The notes: generated by a model not told the origin, from the letters alone. Shown: positions 9,030 to 19,448, counted from the stretch's first letter. The stretch: DNA of 64,000 nt from Elusimicrobiota bacterium (GCA_043827405.1 JBDRPD010000039.1:103830-167829), one strand, 5' to 3'. Made by a program: numbers and translations.

Positions 9030-10055
9030 ATGAAAAGGATTCTGGTCGGCAAGCCGGGCGGACATGACGTGCTGGCGCTCGTTGAAGAGCCGGATCCGCG
9101 GCCCGGAGAAGGGCAGGCGCTCGTCAAAGTGCGCGCCGCGGGCGTCAACTACGCGGACTGCATGGTGCGGATGGGCTACTATGCGGCGGCCAAAGGTCTC
9201 TATCCCATCACCCCGGGCTTCGAGTTCGCCGGCACGGTCGAGAGTACGGGCGAGGGCGTAGCGGACTTCGCGCCGGGAGACCGGGTGTTCGGGATCACCC
9301 GTTTTGGCGGCTACGCGGACCGCATCGTCGCGGATGCGCGGCTGCTGTGGCGCTGCCCGGAGGAATGGGATTTCGCCGACTGTGCGGGCTTCCCCGCCGT
9401 TTTTCTGACGGCCTATTACGGGCTGTTCCGGGCGGCGCGGGTCGAGAAGGGGGAGAAGCTGCTGATCCATTCGGCGGCCGGCGGCGCGGGGGCCGCCTTC
9501 GTGCAGCTGGCCAATATTAAGGGCTGCCCTACCGTAGGCGTGGTCGGCGCCGCGCATAAAGCGGTTTACGCTCGCGATCTCGGCTGCGGCACCGTCATCA
9601 CGCGCGCCGAAGAGAACCTCTGGAAGGCGGCCCGGCGCGCGGCGCCGGACGGTTTTGCCGCGATTTTCGACGCCAACGGCGTCTCCACGCTGCGCCGGGG
9701 TTATGAGCATCTCGCTCCGGGCGGCCGCCTGGTCGCTTACGGCTTCGCCGAGATTATGCCGCGCGGCAAGGACGTCCCGGGACGGCTCGCTTTGGCCTGG
9801 AATTACCTGCGCGTGCCGAGCTTCTCACCGTTGGACATGACGATGAAGAACCGGGCGGTAGTAGGCTTTAATGTCGTCTACCTGTTCGCCGACGGCGCGC
9901 TGGTGCGCCGAGCGATGGCCGAACTTCTGGGCTGGGTCGCGGCGGGGAAAATCCGCAAGGCGCCGGTTACCTGCTTCCCTTTGCAGCGGGCGGCCGAGGC
10001 GCATGCGGCGCTGGAATCGGGAACGACGCAGGGCAAGCTGGTCCTTACGGCATAG
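9030..10055 (+). CDS. MDR-family NADPH:quinone oxidoreductase (VAT-1-like)
   Basis: VKVRAAGVNYAD, PGFEFAG, HSAAGGAG nucleotide-binding motif, C-terminal TQGKLVL. Confidence 0.9.
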   Translation: MKRILVGKPGGHDVLALVEEPDPRPGEGQALVKVRAAGVNYADCMVRMGYYAAAKGLYPITPGFEFAGTVESTGEGVADFAPGDRVFGITRFGGYADRIVADARLLWRCPEEWDFADCAGFPAVFLTAYYGLFRAARVEKGEKLLIHSAAGGAGAAFVQLANIKGCPTVGVVGAAHKAVYARDLGCGTVITRAEENLWKAARRAAPDGFAAIFDANGVSTLRRGYEHLAPGGRLVAYGFAEIMPRGKDVPGRLALAWNYLRVPSFSPLDMTMKNRAVVGFNVVYLFADGALVRRAMAELLGWVAAGKIRKAPVTCFPLQRAAEAHAALESGTTQGKLVLTA

Positions 10056-12201
10056 ACGGCGAGAAGACTCCCTCGGGAATTCCCCCGGCGACCAGCCACT
10101 TGCGGAAGATGCGGACATACTCGGCGTCGGTGCCCGCGCGCTTCATGTTCTTGCGGTAGCCGCCGATCGTCCAGCGTCCGTCGGACTCCAGCACCACGTA
10201 AAAGACCTGATCCGCGGAGCGGTTGTCCGGATCCCTGCCGGTCTTCGCGTCGCGCACGGCGTTGCCGTTGAAGTTTACGTAGGCGAAGGCTCCCGCACGC
10301 GATATTTCCTCAATGGACTTGCCCGAAGGGGTTAGGATGTCCTGCCCCATCTCCCGCAGGAAATCGCCCTGCGCGTTGTGCGGAAAGCCGGCGGTGAGCC
10401 GCTCGACGCGGTCGCGCTGCAGGATTTGGACCAGGATGCGCCGTGCGAGCTTCTCGTCGCGGTTGCTGCGCAGCAGGCGGTCGATCTCGGGATCCTTCGC
10501 GATGAGCTCCTGCACTCGCTGCGTTGTTACGGCCGCCTGCTGTCCGAGCTCCACGATCAAATCGGCGATATGCTGGTAGCTGGCTTCAACCTTCGCGCGC
10601 TCGCCGGATTTGGCCGTGGCTTCCTGCGGAAAGAAACGCGTCAGCAGCGCGCGTCCGAGTTCGGAATTCGGCTTGATGCCGCTTTCGTCACTGAGCCATA
10701 GGGTGAATAAGCCGCGGTGTTGTTTGGCGGAAGGCTTCATTCCGCCCATCAGGCTGCGTTCATAGGCCAGGAATCGTCCGGCCGCCTTTTTGAACGGATC
10801 GACGGCATCGGCGATGGACCGGCTCAGATTATCCTTGACCGGCGCCGGGGGCGCCCGGGCAAGGGACGGCGCTTGCAGGCCGGCGGCGCGGCGGAAATGG
10901 GCGTAAACATCCTGGAAGTTCGCCCGCAGATTAGGCGGCAGCAGGTTGAAGAACGGGTTCTCCAGCAGAGGCTTCAGGAAGCCGGACGTCCCCTTGCGGA
11001 CCATGTCGTCGGTGGGCGTAGCGGCTCGGGCCATGGTCCGGAACTCATGCGCCAGACCCTTTACCGCGCTGTCGGCAAAAGCCGCCGAATCCAAGTACAT
11101 TGCCGTCTGATCCGCGTAGGCCAAGAGCCGTCCCAATGTGGTCCACTTCGCGGCCAGCGCTTCCCCGAAATAAGTTTTGGCCATTTGTTCCGCGTCCTGT
11201 TGGATCTGCGCCATGGCCGCTTGGTCGGGATTGAAATCGGTAAACTTGATTAAGGCCTTAAGCTGGCCTCGTCCCCGGTCTCCCAGCCCCAGGTCCTTAA
11301 AGAGGGCGCGGGCGGCGGGATCGGTGTCGAGGTATTCGAGCGTCGCGGACACGCGGGCGGGGGTGCCGGGTGTTCGACGGGGATCCACGTCGTGCAGCGC
11401 CGCGGCTACGAGCAGTAGGGCCTTTTCCGCCCGGCTCAGCTTGCTCCCAGCCGGTCCGGCGAGGACGCCCGCCATGGTGTCCGCCACGCGTTTGGAGTGG
11501 AGCAGGCCGTGGTAGACCTTTTTTTGGTCGCCGGGATGCTGCGTCTTGAGAATGTCTGCAAGCTTCTGGATTTGCGCGTTGGGGACGCCGTTGTACGCCA
11601 AGGAGCGGATGAAATTATAACCGCTTGGACCCTGAAAGCCGTTTCTGCCCGCGCCGCCGGGCGCAACGGCGTCATCCTTGCCGCTGGCAGGAAGATTGCC
11701 GGAGCCGTCGAACAGCTTGGCGCTGATGCCCGCGCTTTGCTCGGCGCCGATTCCGCCCGCGCTTTCTCCGTCGGTCTTTCCCTGCAGCTTACCGCTGCCG
11801 TCCTGGAAGCCGCTGAGGGCCTTCTGGAATCCTTCACTGCCCAGCTTGGGCGCCGAGTTCGCGGGGCTTATTTCCTCGCCGCCGGCGGGCAGAGCTTTTC
11901 CCGGCGCGGCCTGCACGCGGATATCGCTCCCGCCGTTGACGGCCTTCTGTCCGGGCGGCAACGCCCGGAGGTTCGGGGTCTCAACCGACGGCAAGGTCTG
12001 GCCGTCAATGGTTGGGACCGTCAAGCCGCCGGGGCCGGTCAGTGATGTAAGCGGCGCGGTCAAGGACGCGCCCGCGGCTCCGACCCCGCCCATATTCGCC
12101 TGCGCAACAGGGACCTCAAGAACGATGCCTTGGGCGGCGGCAAGAAACGGCGCGGCGATGGGGAGAAGCAAGGCCAGGAGAGGAGGTAGTTTGTGTTTCA
12201 T
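10045..12201 (-). CDS. Signal-peptide protein with long leader and HD-superfamily hydrolase domain
   Basis: Signal peptide, low-complexity leader, then YHGLLHS...LLVAAALHDVD...LAYADQ (H, HD, D). Confidence 0.75.
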   Translation of the reverse strand: MKHKLPPLLALLLPIAAPFLAAAQGIVLEVPVAQANMGGVGAAGASLTAPLTSLTGPGGLTVPTIDGQTLPSVETPNLRALPPGQKAVNGGSDIRVQAAPGKALPAGGEEISPANSAPKLGSEGFQKALSGFQDGSGKLQGKTDGESAGGIGAEQSAGISAKLFDGSGNLPASGKDDAVAPGGAGRNGFQGPSGYNFIRSLAYNGVPNAQIQKLADILKTQHPGDQKKVYHGLLHSKRVADTMAGVLAGPAGSKLSRAEKALLLVAAALHDVDPRRTPGTPARVSATLEYLDTDPAARALFKDLGLGDRGRGQLKALIKFTDFNPDQAAMAQIQQDAEQMAKTYFGEALAAKWTTLGRLLAYADQTAMYLDSAAFADSAVKGLAHEFRTMARAATPTDDMVRKGTSGFLKPLLENPFFNLLPPNLRANFQDVYAHFRRAAGLQAPSLARAPPAPVKDNLSRSIADAVDPFKKAAGRFLAYERSLMGGMKPSAKQHRGLFTLWLSDESGIKPNSELGRALLTRFFPQEATAKSGERAKVEASYQHIADLIVELGQQAAVTTQRVQELIAKDPEIDRLLRSNRDEKLARRILVQILQRDRVERLTAGFPHNAQGDFLREMGQDILTPSGKSIEEISRAGAFAYVNFNGNAVRDAKTGRDPDNRSADQVFYVVLESDGRWTIGGYRKNMKRAGTDAEYVRIFRKWLVAGGIPEGVFSPSMP

Positions 12202-12368
12202 GACAAATCCTATGCGGTGCGTCTATCACTAGACGCACCGCGCCACCTCCGGGTAGTCCAAGTGTAGCTCCGGTTCCTATTTTCCGCAAGGGGCAGGAAA
12301 AAAGAGGCGGATTCGTGCCCGGGCAGGCGATATAAGGAGCCTCTAATTTGTATGATATATGCTGAGTA

Positions 12369-12397
12369 TTGACACCTATACTCGCTTCTGCTACAAC
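12369..12397 (+). promoter_or_regulatory. sigma70-type promoter of M23/bactofilin operon
   Basis: TTGACA-N17-TACAAC with extended TG. Confidence 0.65.
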
Positions 12398-12436
12398 AGA
12401 AGCTGAACGCATTTCTCCTGCCGAACCAGGGACCGA

Positions 12437-13405
12437 TTGAAACGTTTTAAACGGATTGTGCGCATGCTGAGCCGGCACGTTACCGTGCTGGTGATACCGC
12501 ATTCCAATCTGCCGATGCTGCGGGGCCGTTTTTCCATGACCTTTATGCTGTTTCTGATCGGCTTGTGGACGGGGATTACGATTTGGGCGGGTTTTCTGGC
12601 CGGACGGCATGTCGACTACTGGATCACCAAGGCCGATAATATGGTGATCAAGACAAAGATGACGTATATGGCCGACGAGATCACCAAGTCCGGCGAGATG
12701 CTCGAAATGGCCCAGGCTACCGACAAACAAATGCGCATTCTGCTGGGCATGGGCAGCCGCGACAAGATTCTGCAAAATGGGGAGGAGGGGCTCGGCGGGC
12801 CGACAGCTCTCGACCGCATGCGCATCAACCAGGCTTTCGGCGCCGCCGATGCGGCCGATGTCCCTCAGCGCGGCATCCGGCAGTTCATGGTCGAGATTCG
12901 CAGCGAATCAGAGCGCCGGCTGGCGAGCTTTCAGGAGATCGCCTGGTACATCGCCAACCAGAGAAGCATCGTCCGTGCGACGCCCAGCATTTGGCCGACC
13001 CGGGGGCGGATCACGTCGTCCTATGGCTACCGCTTCTCCCCGGTGCGGCGGATCGGGGCGCACGGCAACCGGTTTTTCCATGAAGGTATCGATATCGCCA
13101 ATAGGCCGGATACGCCTATCGTCGCGGCGGCCGACGGCGTCGTCCGCCGCGCGGGCTGGTCGAGCGGATTCGGCGTGCTGGTGATTATCGACCACGGTTT
13201 GAGTTTTACCACGGCGTACGCCCATACCTCGAAGGCCGCCGTAAAGGCGGGCGACCGGGTCCAGCGCGGACAGCTGATCGCGTATATGGGCACCACGGGG
13301 CGGTCCACCGGGAACCACCTGCATTACGAGGTCTGGCGTCACGGCAAGCCGGTCAACCCAATCAGGTATATGCGGGCGGATGCCGACGTCACCGCTTCCC
13401 GCTGA
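12437..13405 (+). CDS. M23 family peptidoglycan endopeptidase with N-terminal TM and coiled coil
   Basis: HEGID and HLHYEV zinc motifs, YAH, GTTGRSTG. TTG start. Confidence 0.92.
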   Translation: MKRFKRIVRMLSRHVTVLVIPHSNLPMLRGRFSMTFMLFLIGLWTGITIWAGFLAGRHVDYWITKADNMVIKTKMTYMADEITKSGEMLEMAQATDKQMRILLGMGSRDKILQNGEEGLGGPTALDRMRINQAFGAADAADVPQRGIRQFMVEIRSESERRLASFQEIAWYIANQRSIVRATPSIWPTRGRITSSYGYRFSPVRRIGAHGNRFFHEGIDIANRPDTPIVAAADGVVRRAGWSSGFGVLVIIDHGLSFTTAYAHTSKAAVKAGDRVQRGQLIAYMGTTGRSTGNHLHYEVWRHGKPVNPIRYMRADADVTASR

Positions 13406-13412
13406 GCGCGAT

Positions 13413-13865
13413 ATGGCAATGTTTAATAAAAACAAGGAAGGGAAATACGACGGCGGGAGCGTGATGCTGACGGTCATCGGGCCGGAGGCGTACTTTCACG
13501 GCGTCATTACCGTGCGCGGCTCGCTGCGCATCGAAGGAGAGGTGGAGGGCAACGTCCACGAAGCCAATGAGGTTACGGTGGCCTCCAACGGCCGTATCAA
13601 GGGCGATGTCTGCGCCGAGTTTGTGACCGTCAGCGGGACCATCGAGGGTTCCATTGTCGCCGCCAAGCAGCTCGATATCAAAGACAACGGCAAGGTGGTG
13701 GGCAATATCCGCACCGCCAAACTGCTGATCGAAGAGGGCGCCATATTCGACGGCAGCTGCACCATGGGCGACGTCGAGGCGAAGCCGGATCCGGCCGTTG
13801 AGAAGGCCGCGCCGGAGGAGCCGGCGACGGCCGCGAGCGATGAGCAAGGGAGCCTCCCCTCATGA
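13413..13865 (+). CDS. Bactofilin (polymer-forming cytoskeletal protein, CcmA-like)
   Basis: TVIG..., LRIEGEVEGNV, GRIKGDV, VVGNI, LLIEEGAIFDGSCTM beta-helix pattern. Confidence 0.92.
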   Translation: MAMFNKNKEGKYDGGSVMLTVIGPEAYFHGVITVRGSLRIEGEVEGNVHEANEVTVASNGRIKGDVCAEFVTVSGTIEGSIVAAKQLDIKDNGKVVGNIRTAKLLIEEGAIFDGSCTMGDVEAKPDPAVEKAAPEEPATAASDEQGSLPS

Positions 13866-14566
13866 TTTCTTTCCTGCGCCGGAACCGCAAGCCCCTGATC
13901 GTTTCGTTCGTGATGGTCTTCCTTGTCGGTATCTTTGTCGGCTTGGGCGGCTACTTCTTTACCGGGGCCGATACCACCGAGTCGGTCGCGGTCGTCGATG
14001 GTCAAAAGATTCCCTACCGCCGTTACCGGGCCCGCGTCAATCAGTACCTCGATGCCATGCGGGCGCAGGAGGCGGAGCTCACGACCGATGCGACCAATAA
14101 GATCAAGTCGGAGATGCTGCGGGATATGATCGTCAATGAGCTGCTCGCCCTCAAGGCGGGTGAGATGGGCATCCGCGTCAGTGACGCCGAGCTCGCGTTG
14201 TCGATTCAGCAGACCCCCGGTTTTCAACGCGAGGGGCGCTTCGACCAGAATCTGTATTTCCAGGCGGTCCGCTTTCAGTACCAGTCGACGCCGGAGCAGT
14301 TCGAGAAGTTCCAGCGCCGCGACATGCTGAGCGCGAAGCTCAAGGCGCTGATGTTTCGCAACGCGAAAGTGGTCCCTTCCGAGCTGCGGGAGGAGTACCT
14401 CCGCCTGAAGGCCGGATCCATCATGGAGTTCGACGCGCAGCGTCAGGCCTTTTCGGCCAAGCTGCAGCAGAACCGGGCTCTTGATACGATCAACTACTAT
14501 CTGCAGCGCCGTGCGCAGACCGCGGATATCCGCAACTTCCTGCAGCAGCGCGAACGCGGCATGTAG
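13862..14566 (+). CDS. SurA/PpiD N-terminal domain protein
   Basis: N-terminal TM, VAVVDGQKI, GIRVSDAEL, FQREGRFD. No PPIase domain. Confidence 0.85.
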   Translation: MISFLRRNRKPLIVSFVMVFLVGIFVGLGGYFFTGADTTESVAVVDGQKIPYRRYRARVNQYLDAMRAQEAELTTDATNKIKSEMLRDMIVNELLALKAGEMGIRVSDAELALSIQQTPGFQREGRFDQNLYFQAVRFQYQSTPEQFEKFQRRDMLSAKLKALMFRNAKVVPSELREEYLRLKAGSIMEFDAQRQAFSAKLQQNRALDTINYYLQRRAQTADIRNFLQQRERGM

Positions 14567-14571
14567 CCGAT

Positions 14572-15336
14572 TTGATCGAACTGATTTCCCTATCTAAGCG
14601 CTTCGGCGATCTGGCCGCGGTCTCGGACCTGACGCTCCGCGTCCCCGCCGGCGAGATTTTCGGCTTCCTGGGTCCCAACGGCGCCGGCAAGACCACCACC
14701 GTCAAGATGCTGACCGGTCTGCTGCAGCCGACCGCGGGTACCGCGCGCATCGCCGGCTTCGACATCACCACCCAAACGATGGCGGCCAAACGCTGTCTCG
14801 GGCTTGTGCCCGATGAACCCTTTGTCTATCCGAAGCTGACGGGGGCGGAGTTCCTGCGCCTGATCGGCGACCTCTACGGCGTGCCGCATGGACGGCAGCG
14901 GGCGCGGATTCCTGAGCTGCTGGAGATGTTCGAGCTGCAGGACTGGGGGGGCGAGCTCGTTGAGACCTACTCGCACGGCATGCGCCAGAAGCTGGTGATC
15001 GCCGGCATCCTGCTGCATGAGCCGAAAGCGCTGCTGCTCGACGAGCCGCTTGTCGGGCTGGATCCCAAAAGCGCGCGGATGGTCAAGGAGATATTCAAAA
15101 AGCTGGCGGCGCGCGGCTGCGCGATTTTCATGTGCACGCATGTGCTGGAGATCGCCGAGCGCCTCTGCGACCGCATCGGCATCATGATCGGCGGGCGTCT
15201 CATCAGCGTCGGTACGATCGGCGAGCTGCGCGCCAGAGCGGACATGCGCGGGGGGGAGGAGGATGTCCCGCTGGAGGACGTGTTCCTGAAGATGACCGGC
15301 GGGCAGGCGTATGCGGATCTTCTTAAGCACCTGTAG
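14572..15336 (+). CDS. ABC transporter ATP-binding protein (ABC-2 type)
   Basis: GPNGAGKTT, YSHGMRQK, LLLDEP, MCTH. Confidence 0.93.
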   Translation: MIELISLSKRFGDLAAVSDLTLRVPAGEIFGFLGPNGAGKTTTVKMLTGLLQPTAGTARIAGFDITTQTMAAKRCLGLVPDEPFVYPKLTGAEFLRLIGDLYGVPHGRQRARIPELLEMFELQDWGGELVETYSHGMRQKLVIAGILLHEPKALLLDEPLVGLDPKSARMVKEIFKKLAARGCAIFMCTHVLEIAERLCDRIGIMIGGRLISVGTIGELRARADMRGGEEDVPLEDVFLKMTGGQAYADLLKHL

Positions 15337-17008
15337 GCTGCTGGCGGAGCGCAAGCTCCGGTCGCTGGTGAATTCCGTGCGGGCCATGACGCTGTGGGAG
15401 TGGACGCGCAATTCGGCTTTTATCCTGGTCGGCTTGTGGATGCTGACCGGCCTGCACTACGGCTTCTGGCGGCTGTTGAGCTACTTGAGCGGCATCCAGC
15501 TGATCGGCGGCATTCTCATCTGGAAGCTGACGGCCATGGCGATGCTGACGACATTCGCCATGGTGGTGCTTTCCAGCCTCATCATCTCGCTGACCACCTT
15601 GTTTTACTCGGCGGACCTCCGGTTTCTGATGCGTACCCCCGTGCCGCTGCGCGCGGTGTTCGCGGATAAATCCATCGAAACCGCTTTCTTTTCTTCCTGG
15701 ATGATCGGCCTGGCGGTGTTCCCTTTTATCATCGCTTTGGGCCAGGTCCAGGGCTACGGTGTCGGGTTCTTCGCGGTTTTCGGGGCGCTGCTCATCCCCT
15801 TTCTGCTGCTGGCGACGGCGCTCGGCATGATGTTTACGCTGGGACTAATGTACCTGTTTCCGTCGTCGCGGACGCGCGACGTGGTCTGGGTGCTCTCCAG
15901 CCTGTCGGTAGGTTTGGTTTATGTGCTGCTGCGGTTCTCGCAGCCGGAAAAGCTGATCCGTCCGGACGCGCTACAGTTCGTGGCGGAGTACCTCAACTAC
16001 TTGCAGGCGCCGACCGCCCGCTACGCGCCGTCCTGGTGGCTGACGCAGGCGCTGGCAGGCTACGCGCACGGAAATATGCGCACCTTCGTCATCTACGCGG
16101 CGATGCTGGTGCTGTCCGCCGCCGTGGTTTACGGCTTCCTCCTCTTCTGGTCGGGACGCGTCTATGCGGCGGGCTATTCCGGCGCCCAAGAGGGCCGCCG
16201 CGGCCGCCGGGATGTCGATGTACCGCCGACGGTGGAGTCGCGGTTCGCCTCCCTGCTGCGTGTCCGGGGCCCGCTTGCGGTGCTGTTCTGGAAGGACCGG
16301 TTGACGTTTTTTCGCGATGTAAAGTACTGGTCCCAGATCGTACTCGTCGGCGCGCTCATGTGCGTCTACCTGTTCAGCATCAACCGGCTCCCGCTCGACA
16401 CGCCCGAGCTGAAGAGCCTGATCTGCTTCCTGAATATCGGCGCCTCGGGCTTCGTTCTTTCATCGCTGGGACTCCGCTTTACCTTTCCGTCGATCAGCAT
16501 GGAGGGCCGGAGCTTCTGGGTGGTGCGCAGCGCGCCGCTGACAGTTCAGGAAATGATGACGGCGAAGTTCTTCTTTTCGCTGATCCCGATGCTGGTCGTC
16601 GGGACCGGACTGATCGCGGTCTCCAACATCCTTTTAGGCGCCGACCGCTTCGTCTCCTGGCTGTCCTTGGTCACGATATGGACGGCCGTCTGGACGCTGT
16701 GTGCGATGGGCGTCGGCCTGGGTGCGGTTTTCCCGCGCTTTAACGTCGAGAATATCCATCAGGTCGAGTCTTCGGCCGGCGGCTTCCTTTATATGGCCTG
16801 TTCGCTGACCTATATCGGCGCCGTGCTCGCAATCGAGGCCTATCCGGTGCAGATGCATTTCCATGCGCGCATGGGGCGCGCGGACCCGTGGCGGTGGGAG
16901 TACGTGGCATTGAGCGTTGGGCTTTTTGTCGCCGTCAACTGTGCCGGCTTCATCATCCCCTGGTGGCTGGGACGGCGCTCATTGGAGCGGCACGAAGGAG
17001 AGACGTGA
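15311..17008 (+). CDS. Putative ABC-2 type permease
   Basis: Multi-TM protein with DLRFLMRTPV and SISMEGRSFWVVRSAP, coupled to the ATPase gene. Confidence 0.85.
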   Translation: MRIFLSTCRLLAERKLRSLVNSVRAMTLWEWTRNSAFILVGLWMLTGLHYGFWRLLSYLSGIQLIGGILIWKLTAMAMLTTFAMVVLSSLIISLTTLFYSADLRFLMRTPVPLRAVFADKSIETAFFSSWMIGLAVFPFIIALGQVQGYGVGFFAVFGALLIPFLLLATALGMMFTLGLMYLFPSSRTRDVVWVLSSLSVGLVYVLLRFSQPEKLIRPDALQFVAEYLNYLQAPTARYAPSWWLTQALAGYAHGNMRTFVIYAAMLVLSAAVVYGFLLFWSGRVYAAGYSGAQEGRRGRRDVDVPPTVESRFASLLRVRGPLAVLFWKDRLTFFRDVKYWSQIVLVGALMCVYLFSINRLPLDTPELKSLICFLNIGASGFVLSSLGLRFTFPSISMEGRSFWVVRSAPLTVQEMMTAKFFFSLIPMLVVGTGLIAVSNILLGADRFVSWLSLVTIWTAVWTLCAMGVGLGAVFPRFNVENIHQVESSAGGFLYMACSLTYIGAVLAIEAYPVQMHFHARMGRADPWRWEYVALSVGLFVAVNCAGFIIPWWLGRRSLERHEGET

Positions 17009-17020
17009 TGACGCGGCGAG

Positions 17021-18646
17021 TCAGGACTTTCGGCGGCGCACGATCCTGCTCAGACTGACCGCTCTCTTCTCCCCTTCCATGGTGAACTCGGTGTGGGGGA
17101 TTCTGGCCACCTCGATGCTGCGTACGGGAGCGAGCTCGAAGCGCTCTTCCATCCTCGCGCATAGCGGATGGACGTAATCCGCGGAGCCGCCGTGCGGCGG
17201 CTCGGGTGTGAGGCGCGGGATTGAGTAGCAGGAGACTCCCCGGTAGAAGAACGCGTCGCCGGCCTCCCCGTCCGGCGGAAGATCGAGGAAGGCCTTGATG
17301 CCCATAGGTGTTATGGTTTTCCCGTGCTTGCCGGCCTCATGGACGATCAGGCGCATCTGATATTCCAGGTTCTGGCGGATGCCGGGCTGATCCGTGGGGG
17401 ATAAATGGACGAAGAGCGAGGAATCAGGGAGGAGCCGGGCGGCCTGGACGAGAAAGAGATATTCCTGCTGTTTCGTGTACAGGGTGCGGAGGAACTTCCG
17501 ATGCAGCGCCGGCAGCGCGCAAACGAGGGCGAGCGCCGCGATCGAGGCGATCTTGCGCTCTCTTTGCCGCAGTCTTTGCAGGAGAGAGTGGAGGCCGAAA
17601 GCCGCCGTGCCGATGAACACGAACTGGGTCGTCATGGCGGTCCTCACCCGCAAGGCAAGACAGCTCAGGTGGGCGAGATAAAAGACGGATAGGAGCAGCC
17701 AGTGCATGTTCACGCACCAGAATAGACGACGGTTCTCCTTGCATAAATACGCGAGCCCGACGAGAAAGAGCGCGATATATACCGCCGGGGTATATCCCGG
17801 ATCGAAGAAGATGTTGAGGTGCGGGAGCCGGTCCAGCCATGTAAGGAGCAGCTCCTGCGGCGGCATCCCTCCGGTTACCCGCGAGTCCCCGCGGCCGAGA
17901 AGCTCGAGGGCTCGCGGGATGCCCAGCACCATGACCGCGGCGGCGCCCGCCCACAGCCCCCGCTTGCCGTAGAGGCCGGGCGGCAGGCGGTGCCGCATTC
18001 CCAGCAGGTATACGAGGAGGACCAGCGGGAAGAGCGGCGCCAACTCGGCGCGGATGTGCATGACGGTCACCAAGGACAGCAGGCCGAGAAAGAATACCGG
18101 GAGCCGGCGGGTCCTGGCGGCGATAAGAAAGAGCGTGAGGGTGAGCAGTGAGAAGAACTCCGCCAGCACGAAGACGCTCTCCGTCGTGGAAAGGCGCATG
18201 TGGACGGGAAGAAAGAGCAGCATGGCGAAGGCGAACTGAGCCGGCAAGCTGCCGCCGGTGAGCAGGAATACGAGCAGAAAAAGCAGGAGCGCCGAGACGC
18301 AGGAGACCGCGTAATTCAGGGAAAATACGGACAGCTTTCCGCCGGAGACCGCATGCAGCGCCGTCATGGCGCCGCGGTAGGAGGGCCCGTGGAGGTCTTC
18401 GAGCATATTGGAGCCCTCCACTATGGTGAGCAGGCCCACCGCGTGCTGTTCGTGCCAGATATTGTGCGGCAGCAGCGGCTTGACAAAGAACACGTGTCCG
18501 GCCAGCAGGAGCGCCAACACAACGGCATCCGACTTCTTGAGCGATGAGAAGGGTCTCGCCAATATCTTGAGCGAGGCCAGGGTCCCGACGCCCAGCAGCG
18601 CTAGAGAAGTGAAGCAGACCGCGACGACAACGGCGTGTAAAGCCAT
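17021..18646 (-). CDS. Polytopic membrane protein, GT-C glycosyltransferase-like
   Basis: About 11 TM segments, acidic motif after the second TM (WHEQ), soluble C-terminal domain. Confidence 0.55.
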   Translation of the reverse strand: MALHAVVVAVCFTSLALLGVGTLASLKILARPFSSLKKSDAVVLALLLAGHVFFVKPLLPHNIWHEQHAVGLLTIVEGSNMLEDLHGPSYRGAMTALHAVSGGKLSVFSLNYAVSCVSALLLFLLVFLLTGGSLPAQFAFAMLLFLPVHMRLSTTESVFVLAEFFSLLTLTLFLIAARTRRLPVFFLGLLSLVTVMHIRAELAPLFPLVLLVYLLGMRHRLPPGLYGKRGLWAGAAAVMVLGIPRALELLGRGDSRVTGGMPPQELLLTWLDRLPHLNIFFDPGYTPAVYIALFLVGLAYLCKENRRLFWCVNMHWLLLSVFYLAHLSCLALRVRTAMTTQFVFIGTAAFGLHSLLQRLRQRERKIASIAALALVCALPALHRKFLRTLYTKQQEYLFLVQAARLLPDSSLFVHLSPTDQPGIRQNLEYQMRLIVHEAGKHGKTITPMGIKAFLDLPPDGEAGDAFFYRGVSCYSIPRLTPEPPHGGSADYVHPLCARMEERFELAPVRSIEVARIPHTEFTMEGEKRAVSLSRIVRRRKS

Positions 18647-18653
18647 TATGCCA

Positions 18654-19448
18654 TCAGCCCGGCTTGAGCGCCGAAAGCGCGAGAAAAAGCGGGAACTCCA
18701 TGCGGGCGATGTCCTCGCGGCGGGCTTGCGGGCCGGTACTGCGTTTGTCCGAGACCCATTCTTCCAGCCGTTCGATCAGCAGTCCCGCGTCGCTGAACCA
18801 CTTGCAGACGCCCGCCAGGGGCTCATGGAAGGTCCAAGCGATGGGTGATTTCTCGCGCCGGCTGGGATGGATGCGAATGGAGACGCGTTGGGGCGAGAGA
18901 TAGCGCTGGAGCTTCCGGTACTGCATGTTCGTCGTCTTGTCTACGCCCCAAAAGGACTGCTTGGGAACCCGGAAGCAGGGATGATTCACAACGGCCACGG
19001 CGCGGCCGCCCGGCCGCAGGCGGCGCGCGGCGTTGTTGACCGCTTTGCCGGCGTCGGACATGTTCTGCAGTGCCAGGATCAGCGCCGCGTGCGTGAAGTC
19101 GGACTTCTCCAGCGGCAGGTTCGCCGTCGCGTCCGCGCATAGAAATTGCCCGCGTCCGCCGAGCTCGCGGGCCTGCTCGATCAAGGCCGGGGACGCGTCC
19201 ACGCCCCAATAGTCGACGCCGGAGGGAAGCGCGCGTGAAAGGACTCCCTGCCCGCAGCCGAGATCTAAAAGCGACGCGCTCGCGGCGTGCCGAATATCCA
19301 GCAGCTTCAGCACTCCCGGAATGACCACGCTGCGATGGTAGTGATGCCCCTTCTCACCCACGGACTTTCCGTACCAGCCGCTGGCTTCCTGCCAGGAGGT
19401 ATCACGGCGTCCGGGGTGTTCGGGTCGCGGGGGGCGTCGGCGGCGCAT
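18654..19448 (-). CDS. Class I SAM-dependent methyltransferase
   Basis: LLDLGCGQG motif I, GVDAS, LRPGG, NHPCF. Confidence 0.9.
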   Translation of the reverse strand: MRRRRPPRPEHPGRRDTSWQEASGWYGKSVGEKGHHYHRSVVIPGVLKLLDIRHAASASLLDLGCGQGVLSRALPSGVDYWGVDASPALIEQARELGGRGQFLCADATANLPLEKSDFTHAALILALQNMSDAGKAVNNAARRLRPGGRAVAVVNHPCFRVPKQSFWGVDKTTNMQYRKLQRYLSPQRVSIRIHPSRREKSPIAWTFHEPLAGVCKWFSDAGLLIERLEEWVSDKRSTGPQARREDIARMEFPLFLALSALKPG

